A stretch of 64,000 nucleotides of DNA from Promethearchaeota archaeon (lineage in GTDB: Archaea > Asgardarchaeota > Lokiarchaeia > Sigyniarchaeales > SOKP01). Position 1 is the stretch's first letter. Each line of letters starts with the position of its first letter. Position numbers and translations under genes: made by a program. The DNA lies in NCBI GenBank assembly GCA_048937405.1, contig JBHLNF010000012.1:1-64000 (forward strand), written 5' to 3'. This document shows, piece after piece, positions 51,380-60,236 of this stretch. The notes beneath the pieces were generated by a model, which was not told where the DNA came from, made no database searches, and saw only the letters and a program-made list of their open reading frames with translations.

Positions 51380-51836
51380 TTTTTATTCCTCCTATTAAGT
51401 TTTTAAAAATGTTTTAAATAAATTTATTAATTTAATTATTATTCCGTCTTCCTTATTTTTAAACTTTAAGGTTAGATCATCTTAAACGATGAATAACAAC
51501 CTTCTAAATGCAATTTTTTCCAAAAAAAAATCATATAAAAAGAATTACAGATTTTAAAATAAAATGCAAATTCAACAAGATATTATCTTTTCTAAATTGG
51601 AAATAATAGATTTGAATATCAAAGAATGATATATTCATAGAGATGGTCTCTTTAAATGAGAAAATGGAATATGAAGTTTATTTCAAAAATTATATGATTA
51701 AAAATAACTAGCAGGAAATTAAGAACAATACTGAAATTTATAATTATCTAATGATTATTGAAAATCCTAAAGGAATAAATTTTTATGCAGCTTTGAGAAC
51801 TTTGAAAAGTATGTGATTTTTATAGTTCATTTATAA

Positions 51837-52646
51837 TTGTGTATTATGGGAATTAAAGATCAATCTCCTATGCAATCAAAGATTCGAAGATCATATGATA
51901 ATACCATTATTCACAATATCTTTATCTTTAATAGATCTGGGATATGTTTCTATGGAAAGAATTTTACAGATTATTTTAATATTGAAAAAAATTTAGTTTC
52001 ACCCTTTATTACTGCTTTAATGTCTTTTTCTAAAGAGATGATTGGAAAAGAGTTTAAAACAATAGAGATGGGAGATGTTAAAATTGTAATTTTTGAAAAG
52101 GGAAAAATAAATTATAGTATTTTATGTGATTCGACTGAGAATAATTTGTTTTTAGGAGATATAATTATCGAAATTAATAAGCGGCTTCAAGCATATATCG
52201 ATAAAGAAAAAATTAACTTTGATAAAGAGGTTGTGTATGATAGCAAATTAATTGAAATTATAGATAATATAATAGATGATACATTAAGTAGTGAATTTGA
52301 TTTAAAATCAGAACAGAAAATTCTGGAATATCTGAAGGAAATCACCCTTATAGATGAAATTGACGGAATTATTCTTTTAACCAACAGGGGAAAAGTAATA
52401 TATTCATCTTACAACAAATTAAATCTAAGAAATTTTATGAGAGAGGTTGATTTCCGCGTGAAAATATTTAATAATTCTATACTTAAGCTTTTTTATACAT
52501 TTAGAGATAAGAGATTTATTTTTTCAGAATATGTACAAAATAAATATTTCCTAATCCTAGTATTTGATTCTTACGTAAAATTTGGAATGGCTGAGCATTA
52601 TTTAACTCAAATTGTAAATTCTGTGAAGAAAATTCTTTCAGAATAA
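51837..52646 (+). CDS. Longin-like plus roadblock-like two-domain protein
   Basis: 'IFIFNRSGICFY...LVSPFITALMSFSKE' and 'IDGIILLTNRGKVIYSS'. Confidence 0.6.
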   Translation: MCIMGIKDQSPMQSKIRRSYDNTIIHNIFIFNRSGICFYGKNFTDYFNIEKNLVSPFITALMSFSKEMIGKEFKTIEMGDVKIVIFEKGKINYSILCDSTENNLFLGDIIIEINKRLQAYIDKEKINFDKEVVYDSKLIEIIDNIIDDTLSSEFDLKSEQKILEYLKEITLIDEIDGIILLTNRGKVIYSSYNKLNLRNFMREVDFRVKIFNNSILKLFYTFRDKRFIFSEYVQNKYFLILVFDSYVKFGMAEHYLTQIVNSVKKILSE

Positions 52647-52806
52647 TTAGTTTTGAATTTAAAAGGCATATATTTAATTATTTAAGGATTAAACTCTTAA
52701 TAAAAATTAGAAATCTTAGATTAAGATTTAAATTTATGATTTATAAAAACTAATTTAAAAAAGCTACAAATATATTCATAAAGTAAAAATTTTGAGTGTT
52801 TTCATT

Positions 52807-53310
52807 ATGTCAAAATCAGAAGAAGGATTAAAAGAAGCATTTGCTGGTGAATCACAAGCAAATCGTAAATATTTAGCTTTTGCTCAAAAGGCAGATCAAG
52901 AAGGATTTTCTCAAATAGCAAAGCTCTTTAGAGCCGCTGCTGCTGCTGAAACAGTTCACGCGCATAATCACCTTAGAGTTCTTGGTGGTGTTAAATCAAC
53001 AAAAGAAAATTTAAAAGCTGCTGTAGAAGGTGAGCATTATGAATTTACCAAAATGTACCCCGAGTTTCTCGAAGCAGCTAGAAATGAAGGAAATAAGGAT
53101 GCTGAAAGAACATTTAATTATGCTAACGAAGTTGAAAAAATTCATCATAAATTATATTCAGTAGCTCTCAAAGCAGTTGAGAATGATAAAGATTTAGAGA
53201 AAAAAGAAATATACATATGCCCTGTCTGTGGATATACTCATGAAGGAGAGCCCCCAGAAAAGTGTCCCGTTTGTGGAGCAGCAAAAAAAGTCTTTAAACC
53301 AATTACATAA
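52807..53310 (+). CDS. rbr: Rubrerythrin
   Basis: AFAGESQANRKY, ETVHA, GEHYE, EKIH, CPVCGY...CPVCG. Confidence 0.95.
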   Translation: MSKSEEGLKEAFAGESQANRKYLAFAQKADQEGFSQIAKLFRAAAAAETVHAHNHLRVLGGVKSTKENLKAAVEGEHYEFTKMYPEFLEAARNEGNKDAERTFNYANEVEKIHHKLYSVALKAVENDKDLEKKEIYICPVCGYTHEGEPPEKCPVCGAAKKVFKPIT

Positions 53311-53324
53311 TTTTTTTTATTTAT

Positions 53325-54917
53325 TCATAACATAATCCAAGGACTATAACAATTTTTGATCTTTAGCATATATTCATCCATCGAGAACTTCATTTCTTTC
53401 TCGATTTTTTGTAAATTAACAAAATTAGCACCATCATAATAATATTTTAAAAGAAGACCGGAAATTTCTTGATTCCCTAAAGAAATCATTGTTTGAAGTC
53501 TAGCATTTTTGATAATAGTTTTATAATTCTTGAACTTCAGTTTTATCGAAGAAAATTTCTTTAATTCCCTTTCTAAAATCTGATATTTCTTTATTAAACT
53601 ATTGATGTTCTTTTCTAAGTAAAAAAAAATTTCTTTCTCATATGGTGTATTTAATTTTGGAATAAAAGGATTTACATTAATTCTAAGAGTATTTTTCTCA
53701 TAACCCAAATTATTAATTTTTTCTAATAAGTTGATGAGATCTTGAATATTAGCATCATTTTCATTTGGTAACCCTATTAGGAAATACATTTTTACATTCT
53801 TTATACGAGAATCTCTAATTTGAGTTAAAGTAGAAAGAATTTTATCATTTGATATTTTTTTGCCAAGAACATATCTTAGATTTTCTGAACCTGTTTCTGG
53901 TGCAATAGTGATAGTTTTGATATTTCCTTTTTCAAATATTTCTATTAATTCTTTATTAAGATGTTCAATGCGAATCGAAGGAATTGTTAATCTTTTTCCT
54001 CTATTAATTATGAATTCACAGATTTGTTGAAATTTAGGATGAGAAGAAACGCAAGATCCTATAAGACTAATAGTATTAAAATTAGAATATTTCATTCCAT
54101 TTTCAATAATATCTATAATTTTATCAAAAGTTCTATTTCTAAATGGAGAATTATGAAACGAAGAAATGCAAAATTTACATTGATAAGGACAACCACGATT
54201 TACTTCAACAAAAAAGTTTCCCTCAAAAATATTTTTTTCTTCTGAAGTTTTTAACATTAATTGAAAAACTGGATGAGGAGAATCATTTAAGTCTTTTATT
54301 ACTGATCTTTTAGTTTTATTTCTTAATTTGGGAACAAAAATTCCTTCAATTTTTATAACTTTTTGAAAAAATTCATCAAGATTAATCTGATTATTTTTTA
54401 GTTCAAGGTAAACGTTAAAAAACAGTCCTAAATTTGGCTCTGAATCACCAATAAATAGTATATCAAATATCTCATTTAGGGGGATAGGATTTGAAGTAAC
54501 AACTGGACCTCCTCCTATAATCATCGGAAAATGTTTTTTTCTTTGAATCATCGAGTTTTGACGTTCTTGAGAGGTTAAGGGAATGTTTGCCTTCTCCAAT
54601 ATCCATAAAATATTTTTAAAATCATTTTCAAAATGTAAAGAAAAACCTAAAATATCAAAATCTTCTGGTAATACCTTAGTTTCAAGGGAACGTAAAATAT
54701 TTTTTGAAGAATTATCTTTAGAAGCAGGAAATCTTAGGTATAAATCATTGGGGATAAAAATACGTTCACAGGCAATATTATCAAAAGAATTGATTAAATA
54801 ATATAGTAATCTAATAGAATATGAAGACATACCAAGTGTATATTTATTTGGGTAAATTAATCCAAACGATAATTCAATTTTTCGCCAATCCTTAACTATA
54901 GCATTTTCCCTACTCAT
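53325..54917 (-). CDS. B12-binding-like radical SAM protein
   Basis: YPNKYTLGMSS, GGP...NP, RGCPYQCKFC, APETGSE, YFLIGLPNE. Confidence 0.85.
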   Translation of the reverse strand: MSRENAIVKDWRKIELSFGLIYPNKYTLGMSSYSIRLLYYLINSFDNIACERIFIPNDLYLRFPASKDNSSKNILRSLETKVLPEDFDILGFSLHFENDFKNILWILEKANIPLTSQERQNSMIQRKKHFPMIIGGGPVVTSNPIPLNEIFDILFIGDSEPNLGLFFNVYLELKNNQINLDEFFQKVIKIEGIFVPKLRNKTKRSVIKDLNDSPHPVFQLMLKTSEEKNIFEGNFFVEVNRGCPYQCKFCISSFHNSPFRNRTFDKIIDIIENGMKYSNFNTISLIGSCVSSHPKFQQICEFIINRGKRLTIPSIRIEHLNKELIEIFEKGNIKTITIAPETGSENLRYVLGKKISNDKILSTLTQIRDSRIKNVKMYFLIGLPNENDANIQDLINLLEKINNLGYEKNTLRINVNPFIPKLNTPYEKEIFFYLEKNINSLIKKYQILERELKKFSSIKLKFKNYKTIIKNARLQTMISLGNQEISGLLLKYYYDGANFVNLQKIEKEMKFSMDEYMLKIKNCYSPWIML

Positions 54918-54953
54918 ATAAAATAACTTTAAACCTTAAACTTTTAAAAATCA

Positions 54954-55760
54954 TTAATTTTGAATTTTAAATTGATTTGTTCCTTTAATTTTTTTAATTT
55001 CTTCTACAATTAATGGCAATACAATCCCAATTTTTTGATTGATTACTATTTCAGCACGCTCATCTAAATAGGTAGGTTCATCGTTAATAATTATTAATTT
55101 TCCTCCTTCCTTTAATGTATAGAGTGGTAAATCACAAATTGGGGCAACCTCGAGGGAGGAACCCGCTATTACCATGATATCTGATTTTTTTGCCAAATCT
55201 ATAGACATATATTTTTCAAAATTGGGAAGATTTTCTCCAAATAAAACAACAGATGGTTTCAAGGGTGATGCGCAGGAATCACATATGGGAGGTAAATCTT
55301 TTTCTTTTTTTGTTTTCTGTAAAACTATTTCTTTATTATAACTTGCACGACATCCTAAACAAGTATATCTATTTATATTTCCATGAACTTCATACACTAT
55401 TATAGATCCTGCTTTTTGATGTAATCCATCAATGTTTTGTGTGATGATTGCTTTAATAATATTCATTTTTTCAAGAGAAGTGATAGCATAATGAGCAGGA
55501 TTAGGATTAGCATTGAGCAAAGTAGGTGCTATATCTTCTGCCATTTTCCAAAATTTTGATGGATCTTTTAGGAACGATTGAATAGTACCATAAATTTCTG
55601 GTTTGTATTTTTTCCAAATTCCATTTTCCCCTCTAAAGTCAGGAATTCCAGATTCTGTTGAAATTCCTGCACCTGTTAATATAATTGCATTTTTAGAATT
55701 TGCTAATAATTCTGAAGCTTTGATAATTTTATTTTTATCAATTGGGGTTAATATATTCAT
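54954..55760 (-). CDS. cobB: Sir2-family NAD-dependent deacylase
   Basis: GAGISTESGIPDFRG, TQNIDGLH, HG, CxxC...CxxC, VVLFGE, GSSLEV. Confidence 0.93.
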   Translation of the reverse strand: MNILTPIDKNKIIKASELLANSKNAIILTGAGISTESGIPDFRGENGIWKKYKPEIYGTIQSFLKDPSKFWKMAEDIAPTLLNANPNPAHYAITSLEKMNIIKAIITQNIDGLHQKAGSIIVYEVHGNINRYTCLGCRASYNKEIVLQKTKKEKDLPPICDSCASPLKPSVVLFGENLPNFEKYMSIDLAKKSDIMVIAGSSLEVAPICDLPLYTLKEGGKLIIINDEPTYLDERAEIVINQKIGIVLPLIVEEIKKIKGTNQFKIQN

Positions 55761-55958
55761 TTTTATTAGAATAATGTATTTTTAGCTTTTTAAAACTTTA
55801 AGTTTTAATAAAATTTGTACTTATAGATTTAATTATCTAAGATTTACCAAAATTTTTGCATTTTTTTAATAAGAAATCAAAAAAAATTAATATATTCAAG
55901 TATTTTTTCATCCATAAAGCTAATTTATAACTTTTTACTCCCTTAAAGGCTTGAAGAT

Positions 55959-56855
55959 TTGATCTCTGGTTTTACGATTATTTTAGAAGATGATATTTTA
56001 TTTTGTTCTGATGAAAATAAATACAATGTTTTTGAGATAGTATTATTTGTTGAAAAACTACTGAATTTTTTTCAATGGAGATTAAAAAACATCTGTTTAA
56101 AAAATCGAAAAATGGGCAGAGAAAGGATTATTGTTGATCATATAATTACAAATGCAGGTCAGAATCTATTCTTTTGTTGTGTAGGTAATTTTAGTGTAGG
56201 CTCTAAGGAAGCGTTTAAAATGTTAAAAGAATTTCGTAATCAAGTTAGAAAGCAATATAAAGATCTTTCTCGATTAAAATTTGCTTCAGAAGAGCCAACA
56301 TTTACTCAAGTGATTAATTTGATAGTAGAATATCTATACGACAAATATTTAGAACCATTAGAAGAAGAAATAATTTTTGAAGAATTAATTAATGATATTG
56401 AAAATAATATATTATATGCAGGAATTTCTGCTCAAGGATTACCAATAATTTCTCAACTATATGATGAAAATCTTATAAAAAGTTTTGATAAAGATAAAAC
56501 TGATGAAAATATTGAGTTATTTACTTCAGACTTATCCGCTAAATTAGCAACTATATCTATGAATACCCAAATTCGTACAAAAACAAAAATTAAAGAAATT
56601 CATTTAGAGGACAATAGAGATATTCAAAATAGTATTGCTAAAAAAGTAATATTATTTGGAAATATTAACGGTTATTCAATAGATTTCATAGCAACAGGTA
56701 ATTTTTACAAAATACAATCGGTTTTTAAACAATTTAAATCAAAAATGGCATTAGATTCCGCATTTAAGAATGAATTTTCAGGAGATTTAAGACCATTTAA
56801 GCATTTAAAATATTATCTTAATGAAGTTGTAAAAGAATTTGATCAAATATATTAA
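55959..56855 (+). CDS. Lokiarchaeal hypothetical protein, possibly tandem longin-like
   Basis: Two beta-beta-alpha-start units ('GFTIILEDDILF', 'LYAGISAQGLPIISQLY'). Confidence 0.45.
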   Translation: MISGFTIILEDDILFCSDENKYNVFEIVLFVEKLLNFFQWRLKNICLKNRKMGRERIIVDHIITNAGQNLFFCCVGNFSVGSKEAFKMLKEFRNQVRKQYKDLSRLKFASEEPTFTQVINLIVEYLYDKYLEPLEEEIIFEELINDIENNILYAGISAQGLPIISQLYDENLIKSFDKDKTDENIELFTSDLSAKLATISMNTQIRTKTKIKEIHLEDNRDIQNSIAKKVILFGNINGYSIDFIATGNFYKIQSVFKQFKSKMALDSAFKNEFSGDLRPFKHLKYYLNEVVKEFDQIY

Positions 56856-56879
56856 TTATGCAAATTTTTAATGATTTTG

Positions 56880-58175
56880 ATGAAAGCTGTAATTTTAGCG
56901 GCAGGAGAAGGAAAAAGACTTAGACCTATTACATCCTCCTTACCAAAACCAATGATTCTTTTACTTGGAAAACCTATTTTAGAACATATTATAATGGGAT
57001 TGAAAAAAATTGGAATAGATCATATTTTAATAATTGTTGGATATAAACAAGAGATAATAAAGGAATATTTTGATAAAGCAGCGACACAAATTAATGTTAA
57101 AATTGAATATATTGAACAAGAAGAATATTTAGGTACTGCTAATGCGGCGAGTTATGCTAAAAAATTCGTAAAAGATGATTCTTTTCTGATGATGTATGGA
57201 GATATTTTCGTTGATACTGAAATTTTTAAAGACATCTTACAAAAATATAACCAAAATAAGGTTGATGGGTTAATTGCCTTAAAAAAGGTAAAAAATCCCC
57301 AAGATTATGGAATTATAACGTTAAATTCTCAAGGGTTGGTAGAAAAAATAATTGAAAAACCAACAATCCAGCAAATGGCTGGAAATTTAGCTAATGCCGG
57401 AATTTATATCTTCAATCATTTGATTTTTAAAGCAATTGATAAAACTCAGAAATCTCCTCGAGATGAATATGAATTTACAGATTCAATACAGATATTGACT
57501 AATGAATTAAATGGTAAAATCGTAGGGTTTCCTCTTGAAGACTACTTTTGGAATGATATTGGATTACCATGGCAATTATTTGATACTAATCATTTTTTAT
57601 TAGATAAATTAAAAAAAGAAATCAATGGAAATGTTGAGGAAAACGTTAAAATTAATGGAGAAGTATTTATAGGCAAAAATACTATTATAAAATCTGGTAC
57701 GTATATTCAAGGCCCGTGTTTTATTGGAGAAAATAACAGAATAGGTCCAAATGCCTTTTTACGTCCCTATACGTCGATTGAAAATAATTGTCATATCGGA
57801 ATGTCTGAAATTAAAAATTCACTGATATTCTCTGATAGCTCTGTTCCACATTTTAATTATGTAGGAGATAGTATTATTTGCTCTAAGGTGAATTTGGGTG
57901 CTGGGACAAAATTATCTAACTTGCGTTTTGATAAAAAATCGATTAAAATGAAGATAAACAATAAATTGATCGATTCAGGTCGGAGAAAATTAGGTGCTAT
58001 TATTGGTCCTAATTCCCAAACAGGTATCAATACAAGTATTATGTGTGGAAAAAAAGTAGGTCAAAATTCTATTATTGGAGCACATACAATAGTTGATGAA
58101 GACGTCAGTCCTAACACTTTCTACTATCAAGATTCAAATGGAAAAATAATAAAAAAGCCAATTCAGATTAAATAA
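56880..58175 (+). CDS. glmU: Bifunctional sugar-1-phosphate nucleotidylyltransferase/acetyltransferase (archaeal GlmU-like)
   Basis: LAAGEGKRLRP, LGTANA, PHFNYVGDS, NLGAGT, GRRKLGA. Confidence 0.85.
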   Translation: MKAVILAAGEGKRLRPITSSLPKPMILLLGKPILEHIIMGLKKIGIDHILIIVGYKQEIIKEYFDKAATQINVKIEYIEQEEYLGTANAASYAKKFVKDDSFLMMYGDIFVDTEIFKDILQKYNQNKVDGLIALKKVKNPQDYGIITLNSQGLVEKIIEKPTIQQMAGNLANAGIYIFNHLIFKAIDKTQKSPRDEYEFTDSIQILTNELNGKIVGFPLEDYFWNDIGLPWQLFDTNHFLLDKLKKEINGNVEENVKINGEVFIGKNTIIKSGTYIQGPCFIGENNRIGPNAFLRPYTSIENNCHIGMSEIKNSLIFSDSSVPHFNYVGDSIICSKVNLGAGTKLSNLRFDKKSIKMKINNKLIDSGRRKLGAIIGPNSQTGINTSIMCGKKVGQNSIIGAHTIVDEDVSPNTFYYQDSNGKIIKKPIQIK

Positions 58176-58176
58176 A

Positions 58177-58986
58177 TTAATCAGAATCACTTTCTTCTTC
58201 AGAAGAGCCGATTTCTTTAGAATTGGATTCAACTTTTGCATTTACAGGCTCATCTGCACTTTTTGGATGCCATAATTTTTTTACATTAATTCTCTCAGAT
58301 CGTTTTATTTCTGATTTTCGAGATCTTTTTATATCAACTTCTACGATATCGAACTCATCATCAGGAATCTCTTTATCCTCTCCTCCTTCTGGAATTGAAA
58401 CTATTTTACTCTTGATTAGTACAGAATTTGATAATGGATAAATAGTTTTAGCAACGCGCTGAATTTGGTTATCGAGTTCTCGTGAAATCATTGCTTTAAT
58501 GAACTTTTCATGATTGTATAAAGAAGCAAATTCACGGAGTACTTCATCCATTATTTTTCTTATTAATTCAATTTGAGAACTTCTTGCACGTTTTATTGTT
58601 GTACAAATTCCAGTAACTCGAAAAACATAACCATCTTTTGTTGTTAAATTTTTTATGATTTGTATTTTTGAACTACCCCTTCCAATCAAAGATCTAATAA
58701 AATCACTAGTATATTGATGTCCATAAAAAATAGAATCCGCTTTTCCATTTTCAAAATTTAGATTAGAAACTTTAAAAAGAAGCTTTAAACTAATATCTGA
58801 ATATTTTCCAGTAAAGTCGTAAAGAAGGTTTTCCACAGTTCTTCCAGCAATAGTATCTTCTAAACCTATTATTTCTCCAATTTCTTTATTATTAAAAATC
58901 TTTGGAGCATAAATCGTAATCCATTTTTTATCTGCCCATTTTACTTTCTTAACTTTAGGTTTTTTTTTTCTCGATTTTGAACTCAA
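58177..58986 (-). CDS. rps3ae: 30S ribosomal protein S3Ae (eS1) with charged C-terminal extension
   Basis: KWADKKW...APKIF, GRTVE, DFIRSLIGRGSSKI, IRKIM, IYPL; GAGGGAGG SD with TTG start. Confidence 0.9.
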   Translation of the reverse strand: MSSKSRKKKPKVKKVKWADKKWITIYAPKIFNNKEIGEIIGLEDTIAGRTVENLLYDFTGKYSDISLKLLFKVSNLNFENGKADSIFYGHQYTSDFIRSLIGRGSSKIQIIKNLTTKDGYVFRVTGICTTIKRARSSQIELIRKIMDEVLREFASLYNHEKFIKAMISRELDNQIQRVAKTIYPLSNSVLIKSKIVSIPEGGEDKEIPDDEFDIVEVDIKRSRKSEIKRSERINVKKLWHPKSADEPVNAKVESNSKEIGSSEEESDSD

Positions 58987-59001
58987 TTAAATCCTCCCTC
59001 T

Positions 59002-59460
59002 TTATCTAGCAACTAAAGTTCTAATCTTTTCTGGATCATATTTAAAATCCTGTGCTAAAACTTTCTTCTTTTTGTAATATTTTATCAACCTGTAGATTTT
59101 GGATTCACAACGGTTAAGCCCCTTCTTGGACTCTAAGTCCTTGTGATTTGTTTCAAGATGTTTTCTGATATTTAGAGCTTTTTTTACCAAGTTAGCAAGT
59201 TCCTCAGGTAAAGGGCCTTTAATATCATTTTCTTCAAGAATTTGACTAACTTTCTTACCAGTAACAACTTTAACTAGTGGTACGCCTCGTGCATCTCTCA
59301 TTATAGTTCCAATCATTGATTTTGATTGCCCTTTTCTAGCTAGCTTGACAACTTCATTCTCAACTTCCTCGGGAGATAGCTCTACCCAGACTGGTTTTTC
59401 CAATCTCGCAGGTCGGGTACTTCCCGCCTTTCCTTTTTTTCTTGAATGCATCCTTGCCAT
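59002..59460 (-). CDS. rps15: 30S ribosomal protein S15 (uS15/S13e)
   Basis: MARMHSRKKGKAGSTRP...ESKIYRLIKYYK. Confidence 0.96.
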   Translation of the reverse strand: MARMHSRKKGKAGSTRPARLEKPVWVELSPEEVENEVVKLARKGQSKSMIGTIMRDARGVPLVKVVTGKKVSQILEENDIKGPLPEELANLVKKALNIRKHLETNHKDLESKKGLNRCESKIYRLIKYYKKKKVLAQDFKYDPEKIRTLVAR

Positions 59461-59618
59461 AATATCTCAGAAAAAAACAAATCTTACTATATTTGATATA
59501 ATTTTTAATGAAATCTCAAAAATAAAATTTTGGAATTTTAAGCTGTAAGTGAGAATTTCTATAAATTTTTATTGGGTTAATAAATTTCGATTATTAATTA
59601 TTTTGCATTATTAAAAAT

Positions 59619-60206
59619 ATGGAAATAAAAGAAATTACAATCTATTTTGTTACTGGAAATATTCATAAATTTCATGAGATTTCTGATCTTTTCTCAAAAG
59701 CAAATATTAATTACACTTTAAAACGAAGTGAGATTAAATCTACTGAAATCCAAGCAACTAATATAAAAGATGTAGCCTCATTTAAGTTGAATAGTATAAA
59801 AGGACAAATTAATAGTTCATATTTTATAGAAGATGCGGGATTCTTTGTAGATATCCCTCTAAATGGTTTTCCAGGTGTATATTCTTCATACGTTATGAAA
59901 ACTATTGGAAATAAAGGGATATTAAATTTAATTAATAATTTTAATGAAAGTCAAGCTCATTTTACTTCCGTAATTGCTCTATACTTTAAACCTCATGATA
60001 AAAATTATTATTTTGAGGGAACGGTTTATGGAAAGGTTTCAAATACAATAAAAGGATCAAGTGGTTTTGGTTTTGATCCTATTTTTCTTCCTAATGCACT
60101 TCCAAATAAAACCTTTGCAGAATTAACAACAGAAGAGAAAAATAAAATTTCTCATCGAGGAGTAGCTTGGAATAAATTTATTAAATTTTTAATTGAAAAT
60201 AGATAG
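59619..60206 (+). CDS. rdgB: Non-canonical purine NTP pyrophosphatase
   Basis: TGNIHK, EDAG, GFPGVYS, GFGFDPIF, KNKISHRG. Confidence 0.93.
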   Translation: MEIKEITIYFVTGNIHKFHEISDLFSKANINYTLKRSEIKSTEIQATNIKDVASFKLNSIKGQINSSYFIEDAGFFVDIPLNGFPGVYSSYVMKTIGNKGILNLINNFNESQAHFTSVIALYFKPHDKNYYFEGTVYGKVSNTIKGSSGFGFDPIFLPNALPNKTFAELTTEEKNKISHRGVAWNKFIKFLIENR

Positions 60207-60236
60207 AATATTTTTAATTCTTATTTAATCTCATTT

